Shown: positions 35,629-48,640 of the stretch, in pieces
Layout of the letters: every line of letters begins with the position of its first letter
How positions within the stretch are numbered: the stretch's first letter is position 1
Source of the DNA: Felis catus
Lineage: Eukaryota
Reading direction: 5' to 3'
Assembly (NCBI RefSeq): GCF_018350175.1
Contig: NC_058368.1
Coordinates: 88,538,001 to 88,602,000 of the forward strand
Length of the DNA: 64,000 bases
Notes under the pieces: model-generated
The model's input: only the letters and a program-made list of their open reading frames with translations
Databases searched by the model: none
Told to the model about the DNA's origin: nothing
Position numbers and translations under genes: made by a program

Positions 35629-35662
35629 AACACCTGGACTTCTGATTCTGCACATTGTTACC

Positions 35663-36212
35663 ATGTCTGCTCTCATTTAGTCCTCAAGGAAACCTGTCCC
35701 AAGGGTAAAGTTTTTGAGATAATTGCCTTTAAATGCAAGATGCAAGACAACTATCTCGCAAGATGTGCAGAACCAATAAGAGAAACATAAAGACATCTTG
35801 TCTGGTTTTTGATAACACACACACACACAGTATTCTCCTCTTTCTGAGAGTAAGTATCCTGGACTCCACAGTTTCTCCGGATTCTCAGTCCTACCAGAAG
35901 TCAGGGTCAACCTGGGCTCACCCAGACTTCCTCAGTGTCAGATTGTCCATCATCAGAAAACAATACAACATCGAGTGTGACTGCAGTCCTGACACCAAGG
36001 CAGCCAGGACATGCCCTGAGAACCTGCTTTCCTGAGACGAGGCTAATGCTCAGGAATCCCAGGGCGAGTCGCTAACCCATCGTCAGTTAAGCCTCTGACC
36101 ATCTTTAGGCTCCACTCAGCACCTAAGGCCGATCAGTACATTGATTCTGGGACAGCAGCCTCAGAGTTGCTCCCAGAGACATCAAGTCTCATGGGGACAT
36201 GAGATACACATG
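35663..36212 (+). pseudogene. IGLV: Highly degenerate IGLV relic (IGLV10/IGLV1-like)
   Basis: QPGLTQTSSVS at ~35907, cagccaggacatgccctgagaacc (QPGHALRT), SGIPGR, LTIFRLHSAPKADQY, WDSSLR, RSS-like cccagag at 36172; possible leader ATG 35663 with ggtaaag donor. Confidence 0.65.
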
Positions 36213-36649
36213 CCCTGTACACTCAGGGTGGGGCTGTCACTCCATCACCCAACACAGTGATACTTCCAGTCAGGCTGGATCTCTATTAATGTCTCTTCAG
36301 TCTTAACCCAGGGCCACAGGGCCTGGGACCTCAGGGACACATTATCTACACCTCTCAAACCCTGTAATGTGACCTTTGACAATAAACTTCTGGAACCCAT
36401 GGGCTTTAGATAATAGAAAATCTGTTCCTTCTTTCAAGGGTGACTGAATGAGCAATTGCTCTATCCTGAAGATACTGGACACAAATCACAAGGACTGTAG
36501 CACTCCAACCCTAGAGATCTGTTAATCCTATCACTGAGATGGCTCTGAAAGTCATAGGAACAGTCCTCTCAAGGAGTCCAAGAGACATCAAACAGGGCTT
36601 TCCTCCCTACAGGACCAAAGCCATGATACACAATTTATGAGTATACACC

Positions 36650-36818
36650 TATATGTATGTCTGTATCTATATCTATATAATTATCTATATCTATATCTAT
36701 ATCTATATCTATATCTATATCTATATCATCTATCTATATGTATATCTAAATCCATATCTGTATCTACATCATCTACATCTACAGCTATGTCTCTATCTAT
36801 CTAACTATCTATCTATCT
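36650..36818. repeat. (TCTATA)n/(TCTA)n simple repeat
   Basis: Direct reading. Confidence 0.95.
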
Positions 36819-37199
36819 AACAAGAACTTGAATAAAGAATCAAAGTATTCTTCAAAGACATTGAGATTCCTTTCAAAATAAAAATGTAAGTCAATCCTTT
36901 TCATTTCTGGTTCAATTGGTAATTTAACTAAAAATTCCATCCATATATCCCCTGCAATGAAAACAGATCTGGGAAAAGAATATTCATGATTACACCTCCA
37001 TCTTCATGTCTACTCGGGCTCCTTGCTCTGGAGGAAGTAGCATAAAGACCTCAGTGGACTTTGCCTTTCCTTTTGATCCCCATAGCTGAGGAGCAAGTTT
37101 AGAGCCATGACCATTACAAACCGCCCCACCATGTCAACCCTGTCTGTGTCCCACCTCCCAAGGGAAGTGACTGTGGTGGAGGAAAGTACCCTCCTGTTG

Positions 37200-39735
37200 A
37201 GGAGGCTACCCACACCAGGATGCACAGAACAGTCCCCTCTCATAAGGATCATGAGACCAAACCTCAGCCTCACTGAGACTATTGGCCAGACCCTGAAGCA
37301 ATGCTACTACTGACCAGAAGACTACAATGTGCACTGAAATCAGCCTTCTGAGAAGATCACTGCCTGGCTCTTGTTTCAGAGGCTGTGTCCTTCTGTGGTT
37401 TGTCCTAACCCTAGCCATGGTTCATGCCTTCAGGGGTCCCAACACTAGGGCTCAGAAAAGAACAGAATGCAGGCCTGTGCCCAGCACAGAATGATTCAGT
37501 GAGTAGCACTGAAGTTCCCCATGCCACTTCTAAGGCTGCCCACACACTCGGCTGGACCCCAAGCCCAAACCCTCTGAATGACAATCACCCTGACACACAC
37601 CTTCAACTAAGCCTTCCTGGAGAACCACTAACCTGCTATTGCTTCCAGACCTTTCTCAGAATAGGACCTAACCCTAACCCTAGCCTTTGCTCTGGCCTTA
37701 AGGCTCTCCTTTCTTAGCTCTGAAGAGTGAATGGACCTGAGGCCTCTGGCTGGTGCCACATTAGTCAAGGAGGAAGGCAGATGATCCCCATGACATTTTC
37801 ATGTCTGGGATGGAGTTCCAGGAAGGAATGAGGAGCTGAAACATAAGCCTGTCCCACAAGAATGGCCAACCCCTGAACCCAACCTTACGCCTGACCCGCA
37901 TTCTCACATGCACACTCAACTCGTGGTGTGGGGGAGATCACTTCACTGCTCACAATTCACACCCTGTAACTGCATGGAACCGAATCCTAACCCTAGCTGT
38001 GCCTCTGGCTCTAAGGGGGTCCACCAAGCACATGTGAGGAAAGAAGTGGCTTGGGGCACTTGACTGATGCAGAATTGCTGAGCAAGAAAGCCTTATGTAA
38101 ACCATGACATTTCCACGAGTCTTGTGCCGACAGGAGATCCTGAGTTCAAACCTCTGTGTGGTCTACAGAGTCAGCCTGCCCTTGAAGACAGCTCCTAAGT
38201 CTCACTCATGCTCTAATAAACGCCCACCACTCAGGAGTCTGTTGGGAGCCTGCACTGCTGTTGGTTCATTCCCTTCCCCCTCCTACTACCTAAACGTACC
38301 CCTAGCCATGGATCTGGATTCTAGGGGCTCCACGCCCCACCTGTGGGCCAGGAACAGAAATGTTGCTCATGGTCACCTAAGATTTCTTCAGGGAGGAAGC
38401 CAGAAATTCATCATGACATGTACAAGGCCAGATACACCTTCAGAAGAAGATAAAGGGCCCAAACCTGGGCCTTGCTGAGATGCTTGGACAGACTCTGGAG
38501 CCAAATGCTAAGTCTGAAAAAACACTATCACACACCCTCAACTCAGCCCTCTGGGAAGATCATTGCACAGCTGTTGTTTCAGAGGCTGTGTCCTCCAGTG
38601 GCTTGATCCTAACTCTAGCCATGGTTCTTCCAGGGGGCCCACATACTAGGTCTCAGCAAAGAAAACGTTCGGAGCCCATGTATTCACAGAATGATCCAGT
38701 GAGAAGCCCAGAAGTTCTCCATGTCACTTCCAGGGCAATAATAGGGCTACAGAAAGGGATTCTGAACCTAATCTGAACCTAATCCTACACTTTGCCCACC
38801 TGACCAGCTCCTATTCCAACCCAGCGCCTTGTTCACACTCTCCAGATCCCAAGAACAACACTCAGTCTAACATGCACCCTGACCCTCACTGTCATCTCAG
38901 TGCTACAGGGGGAACACAGTTCTGATATTCATTCTCACCTTGTCTCCTCCTGAGACCTAACTATAACCCAAACCTTGGCTGTAGTCTTAGGGGTCCCCTG
39001 TCCTACCACTGAAGAAAGAATGGACTTGAGACCCTTGACCAGCATGACATTCATCAGGGAAGAATGCGGCAGATCATCATGACTTTTTCATGTCCTGATG
39101 GAGCTCCAGAAAGGGATCCCCAGCTACAGCTGAAGTCTGTCCCACACTTTGGGCCAATCCCTGAAGCCAAACCCAAGTCTGATCCACACCCTGACATGTG
39201 CTCTCAACCATTCCACAGAGGAGATCACTGCACGGCTCGCAGTTCACCCCGTGCCACCCTCAGGAACCAAACCCTATCCCTATCCATGCCTCTGTCTCTG
39301 AGGTTTTCCACCAAGCAGGTGTGAGGAGAGAAGTGACTTGGGGCACTTTACTGGTGTGGAAACATTCAGCAGCAAAACCTGATATTCACAATGACATTTC
39401 CACACTTTTGAGGATTGTGACTAGGGAATGAGATCCAGAGCCCGAGCTTTCACCTGGAACAGAGAGTTAACCGGCCCTTGAAGCCAGCCCCAAATGCTCA
39501 CTCACACCCTTCAGGCTCCCTCCACTCAGACCTCAGGGGAGAGCTTAGCATTGCTGTTGGTTCATCCTCAGTCCCTTCCCAGGACCTAAACCTAACCCTA
39601 GTCATTGATCTGGCCTCTAGAGTGCCATGCTCCCCCTGTGGGCCAGGAACAGAACTGGTGCTCATGGCCACCTGAACTTCTTCAGGGAGAAAGTCAGAGG
39701 TTCGTCGTGACAAGTACAAGGCTGAATGGACCTGC
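37200..39735. repeat. Diverged TAACCC-containing carnivore-type satellite, ~310-bp monomers, ~1.2-1.3 kb higher-order unit
   Basis: cctaaccctag-like anchors near 37407, 37675, 37990, 38300, 38612, 38965, 39275, 39595; tgtttcagaggctgtgtcc recurs ~1.2 kb apart. Confidence 0.85.
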
Positions 39736-39736
39736 A

Positions 39737-40667
39737 ATCTATCATCTTCCTATGTATCTATCATCTATCTATCATGTCTGTATCTTATCTAGCTTCCTAT
39801 CACTTATAGATCACATATCTTTCAATATAGCTAGCTAGCTCTCATGTACCTGTCACCTATCTATCTTATCCTTCATTCTATGCTTCTATCTATGTATCTA
39901 TATGAATCTATCTATCTATGTATCTATATCTATATACCTATGTATCTATTATCTATCATATAACATCTTATCCATATATCTAGTATCTATCTATATATCT
40001 ATCTATCAAACTATATATCATGTCTCTATCTTATCTAGCTTCCTATCACCTATCTATCACCTATCTATGAATGTAGCTAGCTAGCTCTCATCCACCTGTC
40101 ACCAATCTATCTTATCCTTCATTCTATGCTTCTATCTATGTATCTATATGAATCTATCTATGTGTATATCTATTATCTATCATCTATCATCTTATCCATA
40201 TATCTAGTATCTATCCATATATATGTCTGTCTATCTATCTATCTATCTATCTATCTATAATCTATCAGAGAGATGTCTTCAAAGGAATGGGCCCTTGTGG
40301 TTGTGGAAGTTTGGTGAGTCCAAAGTTTGAAGGAAAGTCTTGCTGTCTGAGGACTCAAGAAAAAGTTGCAGTTTGAATCCAAAGCCTGTCTACCATGGAA
40401 CTAGGAAGATACAGTGTTGCAGATGAAACCCAAGGTTAGTATGCTGGAGACAGCCTCATGGCCTGTGAGAGGTAGGCCTTTTCTTTTAGCAGGCCTTCAA
40501 ATGATTAGACGGGGTCCATCCATGTTGGGAAGAACAGTGTGCTTGACTCTATGTCCACTGGTTTAAATGGTAATCTCATCAAAAACATTCTCCTTGAAAC
40601 ATTCACAATGATGTTTGAACAAATATCTGGCCCCTCGGCCCTGACAAATTGGCAACAATCAACCACA
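39737..40667 (-). mobile_element. MLT2 (ERVL) LTR fragment with expanded (TCTA)n tract, copy 1
   Basis: gcaggccttcaaatgattag...gtccactggtttaaatggtaatctcatc...atgtttgaacaaatatctgg...aaccaca is the reverse complement of the MLT2 5' portion. Confidence 0.85.
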
Positions 40668-41074
40668 CGTTTTCCTAGAGCATGGCTATTCAAATTGGAG
40701 CAACCTCTCCTTTGTTCCCTCTTGGCTTGGCATCCCTCTGGATTCATTTAATATGAGGACCTTGTGACCACGCTGCATTATTGTCATATCCTTCTGATTT
40801 TCCTCTCCTTGATTTAGCTCCCATGAAATTAGTTGGCACAGCAGGGAGGAGGCTTGCAAAAATGCAATCTTGTAGAATGAAGGTTGTTCCTCTGGCATGC
40901 AGCACTGTCTCTTTATGGCCTGTCTCTGAGGCCATTGGATCTCTGGCCACATTTGGGATTTCCATGCCTCTCTCTCCCGCCTCTTTGTCTGATTCACACA
41001 GTGACTTTCATGCCTGGGTGACTAGGCAACCCAACTTTTTCTTGGCAGATTGACAACATTTTATTCATCTTGGC

Positions 41075-41400
41075 TCACCTCTGAATGTTTGTGTTCCCCC
41101 AAATTCATCCGTTGAGATGCTAACTCCCAAGGAGATGATGTTAGGAGGAGGTGGCTTTGAGAAATTAATAGGTCATGCAAGTGATGCCCTCATAAATGAG
41201 ATTAATACCCACTTAAGAGAGGTTCCTGAGAGATCCCTTGTACCTTCCACCGTGTGAAGACACAGCACATGGACAGTCATGTGCACCTTGAAAGAGGGCT
41301 CTCAGCAGAAGTTGTCCATACCATACCCTGACATCAGACTTCCAGCCTCCAGAACACTAAGAAATAAGATGATTTTGTTTCTAAGCTCTGCAGTCTGTAT
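41075..41400 (+). mobile_element. MLT1A-like MaLR LTR, 3' end cut by satellite
   Basis: ctgaatgtttgtgttcccccaaattcat...taggtcatg...gccctcataaatgagattaat...gacttccagcctccagaac...aagaaataa. Confidence 0.85.
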
Positions 41401-41401
41401 G

Positions 41402-42760
41402 CACCTGTGGGCCAGGAATCTAACTGGTCCTCATGGCCACCTGAGATTTCTTCAGTGAGGAAGCCAGAAGTTCATCATGACAAATACAAGGCCGTATGGG
41501 CCTGCAGAAGTGCATCATGTGCCCAGACCTTGGCCGCTCTAAGGTGCTTGCCCACACCCTGGAGCCACATGATAAGCCTGACCACAACACTAACACACAC
41601 ACTCACTTAGCCTTCAGGCAGGTCACTGCATGAATGTTGTCAGATGCTGTGTCCCCCAGGTGCTTGATCCTAACTCTACCCATGATTCTTACTCTCAGGG
41701 GGCCCACCCACTAGGTCTCAGCAAACAACAGAATTGGGGTCCATGCCAGGCAAACAATAATTCAGTGAGAATCCCAGAAGTTCCCCATGCCACTTCCAAG
41801 GCAACAATGGGGCTACAGAACAAAATAGGATTCTGAACCCAATCCTACTCACCCACACAATCAGCTGGCTCCCTAGCTGAAACCCTAAGCCTGATGCTCA
41901 CCCTGTCCCTTTCCCTCAACACAGTCCTCTGGGGGGGAACACAGCCCTGATGTTGGATCTGACCTTGTCTCCTCCAGGGACCTAAACCTAACCCTAACCT
42001 TGGCTGTGGTCTTAGGGGTCCCTCATCCTAGCTCCGTAGAAAGAAGGACTTGAGACACCTGACTTGCATGGCATTTGCCAGGAAATAATGTGTCAGATTA
42101 CCATGATTTTTTCTTGTCCGAGTTGGAACTCCAGAAAGGGATCCTCAGCTAAAGCTAAAGCCTGTCCCACATGATCGGCCAATCCCTGAAGCCAATCCCT
42201 TTTGTGATCCACACTCTGACATATGCTCTCAACCATTCCCACGGAGGAGATCACTGCACTCCTTGAGTTCACCCCATCTCAGCCTCAGGAACAGAACTCT
42301 GTCCCTATCTTTGCCTCTGGCTGTGAGGTTGTCCACCAAGCAGATGTGAAGACAGAAGTGATGTGGGGCACTTTACTGGTTCAGAATGACTCAGAAAGAA
42401 ATCCTGATGTTCACAGTGATATTTCCATACTTTTGAGGCTTGGGCCTAGAGAACGAGATCTAGATGCCAAACCTCCACCTGGCACACATAGTTAGCCGTC
42501 CCTTGAAGCCAGCTCTGCATGCTCACCCGTGCCCTATCAGGTGCCCTCCACTGAGACCTCTGGGGACAGCTTGGCACTGCTGCTGGTTCATCCCTGGTCC
42601 CTTTCCAGGAACTAAACCTAATCATAGGTACTTATCTGCCCTCAAGGGTCACCTCACCCCACCTGTGGGCGAGGAACAGAACTGGTGCTCATGGCCACCT
42701 GAGATATCCTCGGGGAGGAAGCCAAAAGTGCTTCATGACAAGTAGAAAGCCATATGGGTT
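41402..42760. repeat. Second block of the same satellite (one higher-order unit)
   Basis: Colinear with 38338-39735 monomer by monomer. Confidence 0.85.
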
Positions 42761-42764
42761 GCTA

Positions 42765-43317
42765 CCTGTCTATCTATCTATCTATCTATCTATCTATCAT
42801 CTATCATCAACAATCTATCTTATCTAGCTTCCAATCACCTATCTTTCACATATCTACCAATCTATCTAGCTCCCTAGCTCTCATTAACCTGTCACCTTTC
42901 TATCTTATCTATATATCTAGCTAGCTATCAGAGAGATTTATTTAAGGGAATGGGCCCTTGTGGATGTGGAAGTTTGGTGAGTCCAAAGTTTGAAGGGGAT
43001 GTCTTGCTGGCTGAGGACTCAAGAGAAAGTTGCAGTTTGAATCAAAAGCCTGTCTACCATGGAACTAGGAAGAGTCAGTGTTGCAGATCGAACCCAAAGG
43101 TAGTGTGCTGGAGACAGCCTCATGGCCTGTGAGAAGTCGGCCTTTTCTTTTATGCAAGGCCTTCAACTGATTAGTTGGGAAGAACAGTGTGCTTGACCCC
43201 ATGTCCACTGATTTCAATGATAATTTCATCTAAAAATGTTATAATTTAAACATTCACAGTGATGTTTGAACAAATATCTGGCCCCTAGCTCTGACAAATT
43301 GGCTGCAATCAACCACA
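42765..43317 (-). mobile_element. MLT2 LTR fragment with (TCTA)n tract, copy 2
   Basis: Close paralogue of 39737-40667 (ggaatgggcccttgtgg..tgtggaagtttggtgagtccaaagtttgaagg). Confidence 0.85.
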
Positions 43318-43574
43318 CTGTTTCCCAGAGTGTGGCTGTTCCAATTGGAGTGACTTCTCCTTTGCTTCTTCTTGGCTTGGTATCCCTCTGGCTCCATTTA
43401 ATTTGGGGTCCTGTGACCACTCTGCACTATTGTCATATCCTTCTAATTCTCCTGTCCTTGATTTACCTCCCATCCGATTAGTCACCATAGCAGGGTAGGG
43501 ATTTTGCAAAAATATAATCTTGTAGAATGAAGGTTGCTTTTCTGTTATCTGCTGGGACATCAAGGTAAGCCTTT

Positions 43575-43900
43575 GTCCCTAGGCTTCGCACCTGCTGTGC
43601 CTCTCCCTGAAACCCTTCCCCTAGCTGTGCTGGATTCTATCCTCCACTTCTTCAGGTCTCTGGAAGAGTGTCATCCTATTAGGTAATCCACCTTAATATG
43701 CAGCTTTCCCCCTACTCTCCATGTCCTTCCCTGTATAATTTTTCTGTTGTAAAATGTTGTAACTTTTACTGACTCATTTGTTCAATGTCTCCCTTCACCT
43801 GAATGACAACCACAGAAGATGGACGTTTTTGATGTTGATTAAACAGCATGATCCCTAGTAGGAAAATATCTGGTAACATAAATCCTCAAGAAATCCGTAT
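43575..43900 (+). mobile_element. L2 3' end fragment
   Basis: cttcgcacctgctgtgcctctccctgaaa...ttcaggtctct...tgtctcccttcacctgaatg resembles the L2 3' consensus. Confidence 0.55.
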
Positions 43901-44954
43901 GTTGCGTAAGAACGACCTCACACTCGTTGTCCCCAAACATCATTATGTCTAGTTAAAACTGACTCTGCAGCCCTCACTGGTACTCTCACACCCCCCACAT
44001 CCTATCTTTCCACATGGACCCCCTTTCCAGGCTGATATCTGTTTCACCGTCTCCCCTCAAGTTGTGGCTCAGATGTCACCTGCTCCACAACGTCTTTCTT
44101 TATCCTCACTTCTTTCTGTTCTCAAGTCTTCCTTACCAGGAGTCTCTAATGTGCCCTTGAGTTATTGTTGTACATGCCTCATTCTTCCTACTAAATCCTC
44201 ATTTCCTGTAGACCAAACCAGCCTTCTTTTTTGTGGTTGTTTAAATCCTTTAAAACATACCCTCATAAGAGTATAAACTGTTAATGATAAGAAATTGTTT
44301 AATCTGTGGAAAAGATCCCCCCTCGTGAAGATGGGTGGATGTAGGGTTATTAGTCTCAAAATTGGCTATTGGAGTAGGCTCTATGGTCTCTGAAGCATAG
44401 AAGATTCCCTTGCTGTCTGGTGCTTGTCCCTGGGTGATTAGTCCAGGAGACTCATGGCCCTGAGTGTGAGAGCCATAGAGGGGGGTGGTTGGGAGTGTGG
44501 GTTCTGGATTAGTTAAATGTGTTAGAGAAACATGTGTGGGAGGAGAGTGATGGGGAAACAGGAGGCCAAGGGTGTCTCACATATGTCATCACATCATCGG
44601 GAACAAGGTGTGTTTCAAGGTTAAGTGTGAACTCTGGTCTTCCTGGGCTGGAAAGTTGACAGCTTGACCCGGCCCCCATGGACTGGGAGGAATTGCCCAG
44701 AGGTCTCCAGAGAATGAGGGTTCATAGGGAGATGTGAGGAGATACTAGAAGGATGAGAAATATCATTGCCATCCTTAGACCTGCACACCCACACATCTAA
44801 CCTGACTTCTAGGAAGCAGCAGCTCTTACATATAGGACTGAGCCCGGGTATAGCAGCTGCTTTCCCTACTATGGCTTCTCTGAGACAGCAGATGGAACAG
44901 AATTGAAAGGATTCACAGCCTGAGGTGCATCCAGTTTATACAATCCAAGGATGA

Positions 44955-45340
44955 GTTGAAAACAAAGAACTCTTTATTACTTGTTACAATTAAGGACACA
45001 GGGAGAAACCTCTCAAAAGACTGTGTCCCTGAGAGGTTAGTACAGAGAGCTTTTATGCAATGCATTAGGGGACAAGGCACAGGAGCTTACAGGTTCAGCT
45101 GTGATGCCCGGCCTGTCAGCATGCTACTGCATGCATCCTGTATCCCAGGATGGTGGATATCTCTGCCCACAGGAGGAGATCTTAGTTTTATAATGAGTGA
45201 AAGGTAACTTCAGGACAACTCAGGCTGGTGTTCTGTGCAGGTCCTCAACCTCCTGACTGCTCATTCTGGCTCCTATTTAGGGCTGTCAGGTAGACACCTA
45301 GCTGGGCTTCCCCTTGGCTGGAAGTGCTGGTCTGGCAAAA
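44955..45340 (-). mobile_element. Probable old LTR fragment
   Basis: Reverse polyA signal (ctctttattacttg) and LTR-like layout; family not recognised. Confidence 0.4.
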
Positions 45341-46399
45341 CAAAACACATTCCTTCCTTAGTTTTGTTTCTTCTCCATCCTCCTACTGATTGCTTTCAGC
45401 CTTCCTATTGGAGTCAGTTCTCATTGTCTCCTAGCTAACACAAAGAGAACTCTCTACAACAAAAGCATCACCAGATTGTCCTTCTGAAGCCCTTCCTCTC
45501 AATCTGGGGGAATGTTCCATGACACCTATGTGACCCCACTTAAAGCTCCGTGCTCCCTCACCTGGTGCACATTCATCTAAGCCTACTGTGTGTCAGGCTT
45601 TTCCAGACACCAGGGCACTACAGGGTTGAAACAGGGGGAGGAGAGGGGTTTATCCATTCTCATACAGTGATTTAAGCTGAAACACAGGTCATTTTGGATC
45701 TAGTCAGCACATGGTTATCGAGGGGCCTCCCTTGTCCCAACACTCTGCTGATGATGAGGAGGCTGTGACATGAACACAGTGGGCTCTCCACCTTGATGAC
45801 TACAGTTGGTGAACTGCCTCCATGTCGTCAGGCCCCTTCCACGGTGACTACTCTCCATGTCTAGTGGGTCATGACCTCTGACCCTATCTGTCACACTTTG
45901 TTGTCTGTGTGCATCTTGACTCAGCATACTCCACCAATGACTCCCCCTGCACCTCACAGTGTATATCCCAAACAGACATTCTCTCTGGCATCACCATTGC
46001 CTCCTCTTGCTGAAGTCCCTCTCTTCAAAGGAACCCCCAAAGGCCCATTCTCATGCCCCAAGGCCACCTCTGCTGAACGCTCCGGTGTGTCCCTGGGTGG
46101 TAGGCAGTGTTCTCCTCCCCCAAAGTGTGAGTTTGTGTTACCAATGAACTGTGACTTCCTGGTCCAGTGCTGGGGTCATGCGTTTTGCCATCTTCATATG
46201 CTAGGGTGGGAACCCCTCCCTCACAGAGTAAGGAGGGGGTGATCACAGCAGTTGGCATGACAAAAAAGACTGTCCAGCCCTGATAGAAGACACCAGGTCA
46301 GCATTCACTGTAACTGTTCTTTGTTGCCTGATTGGCTCTTGGAGTGGTCAGCGCTGCCTGGGACGGAGCCACTAACTGCTGGCCAGCTCGTGTATTATT

Positions 46400-48500
46400 A
46401 GTCTGCTCTATGTCCCACTGTCTCTCCCAGGTAATACCATCTCCTCCCATCACCAAGGCAAGAACTACTGCCAACTTGCCATAGTCCAGCAGGAGGCACC
46501 TCAGGACAGTCTGTATCTGGCAAGCACTCTGTGGCTCTCCTGCACCTAGTCTGACTTATAAATTAAACTGTCAAGATGGGACCCCATGGAACACTCCCCT
46601 CCACCCAGCTAAAAACAAGTTAGTTAACACAGCCTAATGTAAGTTAACACAGGGTCTTCAAGGTTTGAAATTTATCATACCAGACCTACTTGGTGAAGGG
46701 TGATTATCCCCACTGCTTCTCCTACTTGACCTGCTCTTAAGTCTGAAAAGAACCTGCCACATAGTGAATGACTGCATCCTTAATGCTCTGGTTCCATCCA
46801 CTGCACCCCCCATGCCCAACATCCAATGTAACTGAGGTTACCGACTCCCCTTTATCAGCACCAGTAAGGATTTTGCTACTAGTGATCTGGCTAATATGCT
46901 CTGTTCAATGCCTATTTCCACAGCCTCTTAGGCTGAGGTGACCTTCAACTCTGAACAGACACAGAAGACTTTTCCAGGCTATTCGTGGGATACCTCACCA
47001 ACTCTGCCATGCATGGTCTTTGAAGGCAACATCTTAACTGCATGCACCTTTCTTGAGGAGCACAGTTCAGACATCACATTATGATGTCCTCCTCCAGGGA
47101 GACTCATGGGACATAGTCACTAAGGGAAAAATACTCAGAAAGGAGCTTGCAAAGAGAGGATGAGCCATTACTCCGCATGTGGAGCAAAGCCAGACACCTT
47201 GGCAAATTCCTAAAAATTATTTTGGTAAACTGAGGTCAACTCCATCCTTGACACTATCAGAAAACAGCCATGGACTCTCAGCAGCCACACTGTTAATAAA
47301 CTGTTCACAGAATTCAAAAAGGACTTGAAGTCCTTGTAGTCGTTGTAGTCCTTTTTGAATTCTGGAGGAAACACAGTCCTCCTCTGCACATTTGACTTAT
47401 GCCCATTTATGCTGTCACTTGCAAAGGAGGCTGCCTTAAATGAGGCATCTCAAACAAAAGGCTCTAGAATCTGTCAAAATTAAAGTCAACAGGCATTGCC
47501 ATCAGTGCCCTGAAAAATTCTTTCACTGACAAAGCATTAGCTACATCTTCTTATGCTTCTTTGACTCCTGGACCACATACCTGTAATGGATATATGTTGC
47601 CAAAGAGGCCCTTGGATGCAAGTAAATACCTTCTCTGCCTAACTTTACACCCATTGAGCAGCAACTGCTAGTTACATACTGGGCTTCCTGTAAAGAGAGG
47701 CTCTCACAGACCCTGGCCTGTGACCCTCCATACCTAGCAGCCAACTGAGCCTTGGGAGGCATAGTTACTGATGACTCAATACAGGATAGAGTCAAACTTG
47801 GACGCTCTGGCATATGCCACCACAGGAAGATGCCTCCTCTCTCCTTCCTTAGTCCCTTGCCAGATGCTACCATACCAGAGGAGGTAACCCCTTCCCCGGT
47901 CCTCCCCAAATCCCCTTGGCTATGTCAAGAGCCCCCTTGACATCAACCTAGTGAATAACAATGGACTTTGTATACTTTATGGGTTATATGACCACCATAC
48001 TACATCACGGAGCTCAGTGGAATGTTTATGTCCCTGATAAAGGACACAACTCACTCAATAGCCAGCAAAAATGGCCAAACTTTAGCCTGCCATTTTATCA
48101 CTGGATGCTCTGGCCAGCAAATGGCTCCATCTGCACCTTTTTACAAACTCCTGGGCCACTGCCTAGGAGCTGTTCCAAAACTTTTATGCTAAGGAACTAG
48201 GGCACTCTTGCCTCAGAGATGCCCAAAATATAGGTCAAAGTCACAGAAGTCTCCACATGCACTAAGGCCACAATACATGACCTCACCAGGACACTGCTTG
48301 TCTCCCTTATTTTCCAACATTACAGGTCGTGGCCAGCCCTCAGTTTGCTCCTAAAGACACACAGTGCTGGCTCTACAGGAAGGACTCAATAAACTCCCAC
48401 CTCCTCTGCAGATGCTAAGCAGCCAGAAGAATGGATAGGCACACTGGTCGCCTCAAACAACTCCTATTTAAGCTATAAGGTGGCATATAAGCCCCCAGTG
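46400..48500 (+). mobile_element. Ancient ERVL-class internal region (pol relic: RT and connection domain)
   Basis: FATSDLANMLCSMPIST (~DLANAFFSIPI) near 46870, RLFVGYLTNSA (~RLPMGYLNSPA) near 46975, FTPIEQQLLVTYWA near 47645. Many stops. Confidence 0.75.
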
Positions 48501-48529
48501 GGATTTGGAGGTTGATTAATGTGGTATTG

Positions 48530-48549
48530 GTTTGATTTATTTTTTTGTT

Positions 48550-48593
<44 letters not shown>

Positions 48594-48640
48594 AGGAAGG
48601 GCTGAGGGAGACAGAGAATCCCAAGCAGGCTCAGTGCAGA
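48530..48640 (-). mobile_element. Truncated Can-SINE 3' part with (GA)n
   Basis: tttatttttttgttgagagagacag(ag)n...ggagacagagaatcccaagcaggctc. Confidence 0.8.

Noticed and set aside
37400..42620. Interstitial telomere or chromosome fusion site
   Set aside because: TAACCC occurs only as 1-3 degenerate copies per satellite monomer; no pure or head-to-head arrays.
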